Shown: positions 14,561 through 30,000 of the stretch, in pieces
Layout: every line of letters begins with the position of its first letter
Numbering within the stretch: the stretch's first letter is position 1
DNA from: the human T2T-CHM13v2.0 reference genome, Homo sapiens
DNA: 64,000 nt
Assembly: GCF_009914755.1 (NCBI RefSeq)
Contig: NC_060925.1
Strand: one strand, 5' to 3'
Made by a program: the position numbers and the translations under genes
The notes under the pieces: model-generated
What the model saw: the letters and a program-made list of their open reading frames with translations, nothing else
Databases searched by the model: none
Told to the model about the DNA's origin: nothing

Positions 14561-17249
14561 GGTCCTGTATAATTCTTTAAAAAGTGGAATCTTACATGAT
14601 ATCACAAGAAATGTTGTCCTGCTTTATCCTCCCACCATTGTCCTAAATACCACAGAGCACAGAATTAGATACTCTCACAGTTACATCATAAACCAAAATA
14701 ATTTTCAGCTAGATAAAATCTTCAAAGTTGCAAAATGTTAAGGCTATGCAAAATAGAACATAAATACTTATCTGATTTAGAAATGAGATATAAAATTATA
14801 ATGATTAACAAAAGAGTTCCAAAGAAATAGATTAATTACCTTAATTATATTTCAGTGAAAGGAACCCCACACTTCCCCACCCCACACTTCCCCACTGTCA
14901 CATTTTATAAATGAATTTAGGAAATATGACTAGGAACATATATTACAGAGTAAGGATTACCATCCTTATGAATTATTACTATAAATTACCAAACAAAAAA
15001 ACTTGACTTTAACAGAAGTATTAGTAGGGTACTTGCATGAATAGGATGAAACTTTGTATAAATAATATAATCAAAATTTCCAAAAGCCAAAAAGGAACAT
15101 ATCTGTGTGTGCATCTTTTCCCCAGGTGCATACATTAAGAATATGTGTTCACTGCAACTTTTAATTACCACATTTTACCTTCGGTAGACTATTATTAAAA
15201 TCTGGTGCTCTTAGGATATGGTGAAATAGAGTAATTCATTGGTATTTTAAGCATTTGGCTGACTGTAGTGAAAACATTTGTGATAACTGTTATAACAAGA
15301 CATCTATGAGGAAGAGGATTGGTAAAAAGATATGAAGGGAAGAATTCACCTTTCATGAAAATCCTGAAAAGACCCATGTACGGACAATTTTAAGATACAT
15401 GTTAGAACTCTTTGTCTCAGGCTTACTATTGCAATGGGGGTAAATATCAGCAACAAGCAGGTGAAAATTGGTTTGGGATGGTGGAAAAATTGTTATTACA
15501 GCTGCTTGTCTTCCCCTAAAGGGCCACAGGACATAAACAGCATAAGCAGCATAGATCATATTTATTGATGAGGGTGAGGGGGTATGATTACCCAGGAATA
15601 TCTTTAAAAGGTAGCTTTTTAGAGCAATAATAAAAAAAGAATTGTGCAATACTTCATCTAGGTATGATAACCCTAAATAAAGTTAAAAAATCAAATTAAA
15701 AGTTACCTTCTTACAACCTTAATCCTTTATATTTACTTTACTTTGAGTCCACAACCTTACAGCACTGAAATTTAGTAAATTACAAAGTAATAATTGAAAA
15801 ATCCTACCATAAGTTAAAAATCAAAGAAGTAATTAAAAGTTTAAGATGAATGGTATAATATATGCAAATAATAGTAATCATTAATCCTTTATACATACAT
15901 AAAAGTACATGTATGCATGTTAAATCAGAAGAGCAAATGTCAGTTAGCAGAATCTGCAACTACGAAATAAGATGACATAAGATTAAATGCTACATTTTAT
16001 TGAGGTATAAAGAATAACAATTGTTCTTATGACAAATAGATATGGTCTGTTAGTACTAGAAATTATAAACTTTGATCAGTGTGAGACAACAAATGAAACA
16101 ATGATCAGTATAAAGAAGCAAAAACAGTAAGAGGAAAGTATTCCCATCAGCTTCTTAAGCTGAGAAGAGGGACCTATTGACTTAGCACATCACACAGAAC
16201 TGTATTTCCTGAGGGAAAGGAAAAGAGGTCTGGTTACTTGTACTTTTGAAGGTAACATTGTCAAAAATGAAACAAAATGTAGGCTTGGCAATATGACTTC
16301 CCTATGAGATTAGGAAATCCACTTGGACGGATTATTAGACAGCATCTGGTTTATTGAAAACACTTTCTAGAAGAAGATTATAGCCACAAATATGATTACA
16401 TACATCTAGTAACTGAAGGCCAGTGATTACTGTGAGAACTGCAGACTTACCAGTTAGGCATCCTTATTGTAAAATTGGAAAATCCAATCTCTGGTATCAC
16501 TTGGTAGAAACAAGTTATAAAGAAAAAATTTAAAAAGCAAAATAAGGCAAACAGAACTGTAGAAAAAAAATCACAGCACCCTTACTTGAACACATTAAAT
16601 TTGAGACAGGGTATAAATTCAAACGTAAAATGTAAAATGAATTAGGAAAAAGGAGTTAGTGATGTCTAAGTGGTAAATTAGAAGGAAAGTAAATAGTGTG
16701 AACACTGTTCTGTAATTTTTTGTACTATTATAAACATAATTATTTTGTTATTTAGTATCTTTTGAAATAATTTTTAGGAATCAGATTACATACAGTTCAG
16801 TGTTGTATTTTTTCAGTAACTGAGTGTTAATACTTGATTTATGAAGTATTAGCATTCATTAAACTAACTTATTTTGTCAGTAAATGTTAAATACTAGCAT
16901 AGCTAGCATTCATACAATATGATTTCAAAAACAGGATTTAGATTCAAGTGGATTTATTTACTTTAAAATGGAATACTTTGGATATGTTGGTGGCCTGAGT
17001 ATAATTTCTGAAGTTGTTTTTTCTTTTTCTATCCAACATTGTATGGTTAAAAATGGAATTGAAATAAAATGGGCGATTAGTGGAAATGTGAAAATATCTA
17101 AGGCCATTTGAAACCATGTCTTTCATAGAGGAGAGATTACATAGAGATATGCATTTGTTTTAATGATGTAAGGAAATACCTAGTTGGAGAAAAAAGTTTT
17201 TTCTCACTGGAGAAAGTTAGCGATAAGAACACTTAAGAACACTTACTCA

Positions 17250-17682
<433 letters not shown>

Positions 17683-17859
17683 TTAAGAGACCATCACAAG
17701 TATTTTCCTATAGAATGAGTTAATTTTTTGTTTGTTTGTTTTGGTTATGTTCACTGGTAGGAGAGTACCGTATAAAAATTCAAATGTTGAGACATTTTTT
17801 CAGACTAGAACATACTATATCCATAACGACAAAACATGTGTTAAATCTAATTAAATTCT

Positions 17860-18500
17860 GGTTAAAAGACACTGGTAGGAAATACATTTTGGAGAAAATT
17901 GGATAAATTTGAATATAAGTGGAATATTTGATTACACTGGAATTTTTTTTTTGTATTTTCTTAGAGTGCTACTACTATTGCATTGATGAAAGATGATTTC
18001 CTAATAGGGAAGATATACAGTATTTTAAAGCCAAGCATCTGCTTGTCTGCAATTTAATTTTATTTAATTAACAAACAAAATATTTTATATATAGATATAT
18101 ATCTAGATATATAACTATATCTATATATTTTTCTCTGCATCTATCTATATTTCTATATTTCTCATTCATCTATCTATTTATCTATCTGTCTATATCAGAG
18201 TTTCTCAAAATTCACACTATGGACATTTTGGACCAAAGCTTTTTTTGTTGATGGTACAAGCTGTCTTATTCATTAGAAGGATGTTTAAGCAGTAATCCTA
18301 TCTTCTACCCCCTAGACAAATGTAGCAACTTTTCCCTTAGTTGTGACAACCAATACTGACTCCAGGCATTGTCAAAATCACTCCATTTGAAGGTCAATGA
18401 TCTAGCTATATATTGAAATATTTAAAAATATAAAATAATATGGCAAATGTAAAATGCTAAATATCAGTACCAGAATATATTGTGCTTACTGTACTCTAAT
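17860..18500 (+). mobile_element. Old L1 (L1MC/ME) 3' UTR relic interrupted by a TA-rich tract and MER20
   Basis: aaatttgaatataagtgg..atttgatt, tgtctgcaattta, aatatggcaaatg..aaatgctaa. Confidence 0.45.
18197..18400 (-). mobile_element. MER20 (hAT-Charlie)
   Basis: cagagtttctcaa..cactatggacattttgg...aggatgttt.agcag...agttgtgacaacc...ctccaggcattgtcaaa. Confidence 0.85.
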
Positions 18501-18785
18501 TACAAATTTATTGACCCTTACTTCATGGACTGGAACATGCTGACACATGGCAAATTTGTATGTACATTTTCCAGCACAATTTTCATTACATACTTGAAAA
18601 GAATGTGTTCTTGTGATGAGTAAAACATCTAAAAAGATCATGCTTGTTAACAGGATTGCATTTCAGGTCTTCTTAATTAGTATTCATTTTTAAATGGTCT
18701 ATCAATTACTGAAAGAGATAAGCCAAAATAGTCTATTTTCTTGATTGATTTGCCAGTTTTTTTGTAAGCTTACACCTTTGCAGTT

Positions 18786-19299
18786 TTGATGGTTACTTTT
18801 ATGTCTCAATTTGACTGGGCCCCACAGTACCCATATTTGGTTAAACATTATCCTGGTTGTGTCTGCGGGGGTTTTTTAATGAGATTAACCATTGAATCAG
18901 TTGACTGAGTAAAGCAGATTGTCCTTCTAATGTGGTGGCCCTCACCCAATCATTTAAAGGCATGAATAATACAAAAAGCCCGACCCTTTCTTGCATAAAA
19001 GCAAACAACTTTTGCCTGATTGTCTTGAGCAGGGATATTAGTCTTTTCTTGCCTTCAGAATCAAACTGAAAACATTGGCTCTTCTTGGGTTTCCAGCTTG
19101 CCAGTTTTCAGACTAAAATTTACACTATGTGCTCTCCGGGTTTTCCGTCCTTTGAACATGAACTGGAACCACACCATCAGCTCTCCTAAATCTCTGGCTT
19201 TCCGACTGCTGATTTTTGGACTTCTCAGACTCCATTATCTTGTGAGCCAATAAATACATCCTATTACTTCTGTTTCTCTGGAAAACTTAGGCTAATACA
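18786..19299 (+). mobile_element. MLT2 (B/C/D-like) ERVL solo LTR
   Basis: tgatggtta.ttttatgt..caa.ttgactggg, gactgagtaaagcagattg, end ttctgtttctctggaaaac...gctaataca. Confidence 0.88.
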
Positions 19300-20441
19300 C
19301 TAATGGTATCAAATATCCTTTGTTTATGAGGCATAAGACTAATTGAATACAAAACAAAAATCATTACCCTTTCCTGATAAAATCAAGCTTTTATTATTTT
19401 TGTAACTCTTTTTATCGCTAGTCATACTTAGAAACCGGTATATTTTATCAGATAGTAACAGACATATCCTTACTTTCATTTATGTATATTATCCTGTCAT
19501 ATCTTTTTCCATGTTTTAGTTTTAATTTTATTTTATTATGCTTTAGATGTGTCTCAATATAGAATTTATTAAATTGTGCTTTTATTTTCTATATAAGCTG
19601 AAAAATAAAGGACAAAATTTATTCAGAATGATTAAAAATATATAAAAATGCATTTTAATCAGATTATTATGAACGTTTCCCTGTTTATTTGTATTATTTT
19701 TCTGTTTTCCTGTTTTCTTTTTTCTTAATTTCTTATTTTTCTTGTTCTTGTCTTTTTCTTTTTGTCTAATTTTTCAAATTTGTTCTTTTCATTGTATTTT
19801 TTCCTTCTTGCAGTTTTGAAGTTGCAATCTCTACTCTTTTTGTTTTCACTCTAGATAGCAAGCTCTAAGGGTAATCATTGTTAGCTTACTCCCAATAAAG
19901 TATAAGAAATACAAAATACTCTAATTTTGATGATTCCTCTCAAATTATTTAAATAATTTGGAAAAATTCAAATCAAACATTATATATATTGTCTTGTTGA
20001 TGTTTATTCTGATACACTCACAAATTTGCAAATTTTTTTTCTTATTGCCTCCTTGTCTCTCAGAATTTTCACCTGAGGTAATTTTCATTTCCTCTCAAAT
20101 ACATCCATTAGCATTTTCTTTTATTATAGTCTATTGGTGATAAGCTTTTCGTGCTGTAGTTTCTTTTTTTTTTCTGAATATGTCTTTATTTTACTGTTAC
20201 TCTAGAATAGCAGTTATTTTAGATTATCACAGGGAAACGTTATTTCAATGTTTTCTAGATTTTATGCCTGCTGTTAACAAATTAGTAGCCAACCTGATTT
20301 ATACATCCTTTTTTTTAAAGGTAATCTATATTTTACTCTTTAGCTTCTTTCAGAATCGATTCATAGTATTTCATGGCCTAGAATTTTGTCTATAATGAGT
20401 TTTATTTTATTTATAGTCCTTTATTTTTCTTAGTAAAAATT

Positions 20442-20997
20442 TGTTAGGGAAACAGGAGCCTGGGAGAGCCAGAGTAATGCCATTTTAAGTTCAACCTCAT
20501 TTTGAAATTAGCAAAGTACATTGCTTGATGGTCATGACCCACATTCATGGGACATTTACAGTAGAGAAAACAGCCTAAAGACACTTGCAAAGACACACTT
20601 CTACAACAACAGAGAGTCCAGATGTCCCAATACCCATGACCATATGTGTTTTTGAGATAGTAATAGTTATGCTTTAATGTACTCAAAAACTAGACTGCCA
20701 AAACTAGTTCTCTTTAAATCAATAGAGTAATCAATTTGTCATGATGTTGGCTGACCTGCATGCCGACACAGCTTAGCTTAGTCTTTACATAGACAAAACC
20801 CCTATCTAAGAAAAACTTAAAACAAAGTCCAGGCATTCTTTCTCTTGCTTTCTGAGGGAGCCCTACTCTGTAATGGAGTAGCTTCTAAAAAAATTGCTTC
20901 CTTCATTATGCTCTGTGACCCACCTTGATTTCCTGCCTGTGTGATATCCAAGAACCCTCTTCAGGGGGTCTAGCTCAAGACCTCTTTTATGGTAACA
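20442..20997 (+). mobile_element. MER41-group (C/D/E-like) ERV1 solo LTR
   Basis: TG...CA termini, start tgttaggga.acaggagcct.ggagagccagagt, end ccaagaaccctct...ggtct...ggtaaca. 4-bp flanks aatt/gatt. Confidence 0.8.
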
Positions 20998-21509
20998 GAT
21001 TCGTGAGGTCTTCTAACATGAATATAGGTGTCTTTAAGCCATTTTGAAAAAATTAGCAGCCATTACCCTTTCAGATATTGCCTTTAACGCTTAATATCTA
21101 ATATCTATCTCATAAATACCAGCTAGTCATAAATTCTCTTTTCTTATCCTTGATGTATCTTAACATTTTCTCATAGTGTGCATTCCATAGCCTTTTTGGG
21201 GTTGCATTTCAGGTAATTTTTATGGGATATGTTACAGTCTACAGATACTTTTTTTCAGCTGTGTCTATAATGTAGCTAACAGACCACTGATATATTTAGT
21301 TTTCATTATTGTATCTTTTCTTTTTTTCTGTCATTTATCCCTAAATTTACATGGCCATGTTTTATAGTTTGTGGCAAGAAGAGGCAAAAAGCAAAAATGA
21401 CCATGAGTTTGCACCATCCAGATATATATATCTGTAACAGGATATTCAGGATTTGTAACAGGATTTTCAAGAACCTGTCATCAAAGATTGTAATCTATTT
21501 TTCCAAAAT

Positions 21510-21750
21510 GTGAAAATGGGTTGGTCTTCTGAATTGTTTTGGCCAGTGAGACAGTGACAAACATCATAGAAGCAGAGACTTGAGAAGTCCCTCTTTCAAG
21601 TCTTGTTAAAATTCTGCCATGTGAATAAATTGAAGGTATTCTGCTGGAAGTTAGACAACAGACTGTTGAGAAAAACAGTCTGTTGAATATAGTTCATCGA
21701 CTCTACTAAATTTTCAAGTAGTTTGTTTGTCAGTAAAATCTAACTGATGT
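21510..21750 (+). mobile_element. MLT1F/G/H-like fragment
   Basis: gttttggccagtgagac..tgacaaacatcatagaagcagagacttgagaagt, ctgccatgtgaa. Confidence 0.45.
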
Positions 21751-21876
21751 AAGTCTTTGTTTCTTTTTTACATAACTTGCTTTCCTTCCATTTCTTTAAC
21801 ACGGAATTCTAGATACATTTCAGTCTATATATGAGAATTTCAAAGTTCAATAAATTCTTATCTATTATACCCCACT

Positions 21877-21905
21877 GTTTGTTTGTTTGTTTGTTTGTTT
21901 GTTTT
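21877..21905. repeat. (TTTG)n
   Basis: Direct reading of the sequence. Confidence 0.9.
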
Positions 21906-21937
21906 CCCCTACTGGTTCTTACATATGGTGCTGTTAA

Positions 21938-22229
<292 letters not shown>

Positions 22230-22894
22230 ACTGTGATCTATTTTTGTTTCTTTGTTTGCTTGTCTGTTTTATTTTTAATTGTGAGTCTATGTTCCTTGAA
22301 CTTTATAAGTGAAATGCTCTGAAGTCTGGATTTAAAAAGTCATTCCTCCAAAGAGGATGTGTGCTTGCTTCTTCCAATTACCTGAGAGACTTACAATAAA
22401 AGAATATTTCAGATACAAATTTTAACTTGAAATTTTTAAGAATCACACAATGGCCATTACATCTTTATGATTTGCTGGGGAGATATTTTATTTGTTTGCT
22501 TTGTTTCTGTGTGGTCTCCCAACACTAAAGTTAAGATGCAAGTTTTGTATTGCAAGTTATGTTTATTTTTCATTCACAATTATACTGAGAATGTTATATT
22601 AGGAAAAATTGTATCTACATGGGCATCTGCTATTAGACTTCCTGCATTGTACAGGTACTAAGCTATAGTTTCTATCATCTGTAACTCATGCAGTCCTCAA
22701 AACAGAATTTCATTGTATCTTCAGTGCTATGGACTGAGTTTTTGTGTCCTTCCAAAATTCACATGTTGGAACCTCATCCCATAGTGTTGATATTTTAAGG
22801 TGAGGATTTTAAGAAGTGATTAGGTTATGAAGGTAGAGCCCTCACAAATGGGATTAGTGTCCATATAAGAAGAGCTATAAAAAGATGATCTCTC

Positions 22895-24308
<1,414 letters not shown>

Positions 24309-26407
24309 GATACAGTGAGTAGGTAGGTGGCTGTCTATAAGACAGGAAGTGGGCCCTGAACAGACAGGGGATATGCTGGTACCTTGTTCTTGGATGTCTC
24401 AGCCTCCAGAACTCTAAGAAATTAATGCTTGTCATTTATGCCACCTAGTCTATGGTAATTTGTTTTAGCAGCCCAAACTGACTAAGACATAAGGTCCATA
24501 GGGAATCTCTGATAGAAACTGTCTTGATAATTGATTACCTCTTAGAGTTCCTACTTTTGCAATGTTTCTAGCCCCTGCAAGTTTGTTCTTTTGTGACAAC
24601 ATAAAACTGCACTTAAATGTATTCATAGGAGAATAGTTTATGATTTATTTTTAATAATATTGTCACTAATGGGTAACTCATTCTCATATAATATGCTCTG
24701 CTAGATAATGTATAATAGAAATCATTGATTTCTTCCATTACTTTTGCATTCTCATGTGTTCACTGTGTACACCCAGTTTTGTCTATAATCATATTATTTA
24801 GGTTAGCATATTTCATTTATTATATACATGTGATCACTCCATGTACAAACTCTTTAGACAACAACATTGCAAAAGGTTCAAATGTCCCAAACTCTCATGC
24901 CATTCACTTGCAGTGATGCTTGACAAGCCAACCTAATCAATCATTTTGTTTAATAACTTTTCTATAGGTTTCTTCCTAAATATAAGGGAAGAGCAATATA
25001 CAGGGAAAAAGTGAAGGCACATTAATTTGCTTAACTATTTTGCTTAGGGCTGGCACTACATATAATAGTGTATATATTTCATTAAGTAGAATAATAAAAA
25101 ATCAAATGCAATTAACTGAACTAATATGAAGGGACAAGATAAATGCTATATCCTAATAGAATCCCAATGCTAACAACTTCAAGCTCTAGCTGTCTTATTT
25201 GTGGATTAGAGCAAATAAAGTTAAGCTAAAGAACCAACTAATAGATGATTAATGTTCTTTATTAAATTAGATGAAAGCATATAACAATGTTAGTTATTAG
25301 CAAGTCACTGGAGTGGAGAAAAAATAGAAACTTTGGCAGGGATAATTTTTCTGAAGTTTTATTTTATAAAGATAATGACTATAATTACCCAGAGAAATGG
25401 AATTTTGTCCATTATTGACTAATTTTTTCTATGATTTTATATGAAAATATAGTTTATTATTTAGGGTTGCTTCTGCAAATTGATAGCATGCTGCACCTAG
25501 GTTACACTTCCGTGTACATAGCACACATTACATTTAAGATTTTTATGATCTCATTAGAAAAGCCTTTATAGGTAACTTTGATTTAAAATAGATGTTTGGG
25601 ATGGCATTACCCAAATAATTTGTCATTTTCCTGTTTTAACATTATCTTTTATAACATTATAAAATAATTCTCTTTTTTATAAAATTAATCACATGACAAG
25701 ACATAGAAAACCAAATTCTCCTCAGTATTATATCTGAGAATCTACACTAGTGCATAATTATATGTAATCAAACAAATAATTTAGAGTGTCCCAGAGGAAG
25801 ATTAAGATGTCTTGGTGCTAGAATAGTCTCCAGGTTTATAGTATAGGACGAATATTATAATCCACATTAAATAAAATGAAACACTACCTATGCAAGTACT
25901 TGAATGTTATTTGATTCTTCTGCTTTCACTCATCCCCCAATCTTCTGGAGATTATGAATAAACGGTACAAGAAAAGGAGAGTACATCTTCTTTAGTAAAT
26001 ATGAATGCATACTGAGTAAACAAGTTTTTACATTACATCGTATAAGTGTGTGTGTCTGTGTGTGTATGGAGAGAGAAAGAAACAGCCAAGGCATCATTAC
26101 TGTTATTGCCTTAAAGTTAGCTATCTTTAAGTAATTTTTAAAATTATCTTTAAAGTTAGTTATTTTAAGAGCACTATTTTATATTATATATATTACATAT
26201 AAACTTATGTAGAGATACATGTATGAGTATATATATATACATGGACATATGTATATACACATATGTAAACATACACAAATTATGTATAACCTTCAGACAT
26301 TCACTTATTCCACTCCAAATGATCTTTATTTCTCTGTGTATATTCAGGATTCTGATGTTACAAAAATGATCTTGCCAACAGAACTTTAACCCATTTTGTA
26401 CGGTAGG

Positions 26408-26829
26408 TGTCTTAGCCCATTTTCTGTTGCTATAACATAATACCACAGACTAGGTAATTTACAAAGAAAATAAATTTGTATCTTATCCTTCTGGAGGCTG
26501 GGAAGTCCAAGGTCTAGAAGCTGCATCTTGTGAGAGCCTTCTTGGTAACTAGGACTCTCTGCAGAGTCCCTGGGCAGGAGAGGGCATCACAAAGCAAAGG
26601 GACTCACAAGAGAGCCAATCTGACTTTTATAACATACCTAGCCTCTTGATAACTAACCCACTCTCATGATAACCCATAACCAATAAATCCATTAATTCAT
26701 TAATTCATTCATGAGAACAGAGCCCTTATGACCCAATCTCCACTTAAAGCCTCCACCTCTCAATACTATAAAATTGGGGATTAGTTTTCAACATGAGTTT
26801 TAGAGGAGACAAATATTCAAACCACAGCA
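26408..26829 (-). mobile_element. MST (MSTB/C/D-like) MaLR solo LTR
   Basis: tgtcttag.ccattt..tgttgctataaca...ggaggctgggaagtccaag...caacatgagtttt.gagg.gacaaa.attcaaacca.agca. Confidence 0.88.
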
Positions 26830-27054
26830 GACCTACTGCTATGAAACTTAGATATAGAGAAATTTACATATAAAGAAAATATCCTTCAATAGTGGAGAAA
26901 TAAAGACGTTTTCAGGCATATAAAATGTGAGTCAATTTTTCTCACATTTTATTGTTTGTGTGTGTGTGTTTTTTCCTGAGATTCTAATTACACACATTAT
27001 GTCATTTACTATTGTCTCATAGCCCTTGAATGTTCTGTTCTTTAGTTATACTCA

Positions 27055-27356
<302 letters not shown>

Positions 27357-27460
27357 AGTTATACTCATTTTTTTTCTTGAATTTCAATTTCAGTAAATCT
27401 GTTGATATATCTTCAGGTTTACTGAATTTCTTGAGCTTTGTCAAATTTACTGATGAGCTT

Positions 27461-27834
27461 TCATGTGGTTAGGTTTTACATCCCCATCCAAATCTTACTG
27501 GGAATTGTAACTCTGAGGTGTTTAGAGAGGGACCTGGTGGGAAGTGATTGGATTATGGGGGCTGTTTCCCCCATGTTGCTCTCATGATAGTGAGTGAGTC
27601 CTCAGGAAATCTGATGGTTTTATAAATGGTAGGTTTTTCTGCATTGACACACACTCACTCTCGCCTGCTGCCATGTTAGACATGCTTTTGCGTCTCCTTT
27701 GCCTTCCACCATGATTGTAAGTTTCTGGAGGCCTCCCCAGCCATGTGCGACTGTGAGTCAATTAAACCCCTGTTCTTTCTAAATTACCCAGTCTCAGGTA
27801 TTTATTTATGGCAGTGTGCTAATGAACTAACACA
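27461..27834 (+). mobile_element. THE1 (C/D-like) MaLR solo LTR
   Basis: gggacctggtggga.gtgattggat, gccttccaccatgattgtaagttt..gaggcctccccagccatg, ctgtgagtcaattaaacc. Flanks agctt/agcct. Confidence 0.92.
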
Positions 27835-28199
27835 AGCCTGTTAAAAGACTTCTTCATTTCTTTTACTGTGTTTTTATAACTAGTGTTTCTATTTATTCTT
27901 TCTTATAGTTTCCATCTCTTTGATTAAATTATCTATTTGATTTGGCATATTGCAGACCTTTACTATTGGTCTTTAACACACTAAAAATAGATATTTCAAA
28001 TTCTCAGTCTTTTAAATAACTTTCTTTTTTTAAAATTTATATCATACTCAATTCTGGTTATAGTATATTTTTTTTCATCTTTTCAGACTGTGTTTGTTTT
28101 TGTTTGTTTTGTTCTTTAGCAAATCTTATAATTACTTGTTGAAAGCCAGATATTTTACATAGGAGCATATGTATATTGAGGCAAACAAGATTTTTGTTA

Positions 28200-29740
28200 A
28201 AAAGTCAGAAGTAAAAGATGTAATCAAGGGCAAAGTATATGTTAAATATGTGAGTACATCCTATGGCTATTGGCTGCTGACTGTATAAAAAGTAATAATA
28301 TATGTTTAGATTATAAAAAATAAAATTATATTACCCAGTAAAATTTCATAAGATGAGAGATTTAAAAGCAAAGTGATCTGAGAGACTGATGTTGGGGAGA
28401 ACATGAAATATATTGATTAACTTAGATTATGTGTTAAATAGGCATAATGTAATTTCTGTTGTTACCACTAGAGCAGAAACAGAGTATAAAGATTCCAAAC
28501 TAGTAAAGGAGAAAAATAGAAACAAACAAACAAACAAACAAACAAAAAAACTCACTTGATCCCTGAAGGGGTAAAAAAGCAGGGCAATAAAAAGTAGAAC
28601 ATGTGAGGCAACTGAAAGGCCAAAAATAAGTTGGTAAATATGACCTTCAAATATCTACTTACATTAAATGGACTAAAATTCCACTTAAAAAACTGATAAA
28701 TGAAAAATTAATCCAAGTTCTCTGTAAAACCACACCCTAATTCATAAGGACAGAGAAAAAAGTTGAGTGTAAAAGTAAAAGAGGGTAAAATATGTAAACA
28801 CTAACCAAAAGAAAATAGCATAGCTTTATTAGTAACAAACATATTAGATGTTTGTATAAAAAATACTAGCTAGAAGAAGCTATAGTTCATAGAACAAGGA
28901 TTACAAATAGATAACAAACTCAACAAATTTTAAAAAGACATTCAAATTTTAAAAAGACATTGAATGTCTGTTTTTAAATCTTTTTCTTATGAATAAGGAA
29001 AAGGTAAATTGAAACCCCAATTGGAAACCATTTTACATTTATCTAATAGCAAAATGATAAATTCTGAATATGTTGTAGAGAATGTCAGCAAATGGGATGT
29101 TCCTTAGTCTGCAGTGAGGGGGTGTGTAAATCAAATGACCATATTAGAAAAAAAGTTTTTCTTTCTTTTTTATCCTTTTTTTTTTTTTTTTTGAGATAAG
29201 GTCTCACTCTGTCACCCAAGCGGGAGTGCAGTGGCAAGATCTCGAGTGACTGCAACCTCCACCTCCTGGGTTCAAGCCATCCTTCCACCTCAGCCTCCCC
29301 AGTACCTGGCACTACAGGTGCACACCACCACGCCTTGCTAATTTTTGTATTTTCAGTAGAAACAGGGTTTCACCATATTAGCCAGGCTGCTCTCAAACTC
29401 CTGACCTCAAGTGATCTGCCTGCTTCAGCCTCCCAAAGTACTAGAATTACAGGTAGGAGCCATGGCGTCCAGTCAGAAAACAGTTTTTCTTTACCCTGAA
29501 AAGTTAAGGTAAATTATATTACCATTATTTTATGACTTACGCATTCCACAGCTAGCAATATTTACTGGAATAAACCTCTTGAAATATTCACCTGGAATCA
29601 AATGCCATTAATAATAGCAGACTATTTATATTAACAAAAATAGAAACAACCAAATATATATCCAGAGTAGAAAAAATAAATAATTTCTGCTTTTATATAT
29701 AATAAAATGCTATAGAGAAATAAAAATTACAGTTATATTC
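28200..29740 (+). mobile_element. Old L1M/L1ME fragments (ORF2 start and 3' region)
   Basis: cattaaatggactaaa, aacactaaccaaaagaaa..agc.tagctttattag, gcattccacagctag, tagaaacaaccaaat. Confidence 0.55.
29160..29474 (-). mobile_element. AluJb/Sz-like
   Basis: Full dimer. Degenerate TSD agaaaa(a/c)agtttttctt on both sides. Confidence 0.9.
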
Positions 29741-29747
29741 CAAAATA

Positions 29748-30000
29748 GCACTTCTTAATTTGTGGTCTGGGAACCTCTGGAGATTTCTGAGATCCTATCA
29801 GGTGACCACAGAATCAAGAGAAATATTTTCTTAACAATACTGAGAATATTATCAGGTTTTTTTTCACTCTCATCTTCTAATGAGCATAATGTAGATTTTT
29901 TAAAAATTACACAACATGTGATTACATCATTGCTTTGAAAGCTAATGGAATGTGCTCATGTATTAAGTCATGTGTGTTTCTAAATTTCTGTTTTTATTTA
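29748..30000. mobile_element. hAT-Charlie DNA transposon relic (Charlie7/MER119-like)
   Basis: tgtggtctgggaacc.ctgg....ctgaga.cct.tcag, tattttc.taacaatact.aga, tttttcactctcat. Confidence 0.5.

Noticed and set aside
20442-20997. Interferon-inducible MER41 enhancer
   Set aside because: That property is established for MER41B-type copies with tandem GAS (TTCnnnGAA) motifs. This copy looks like another subfamily and I did not see the tandem GAS sites.
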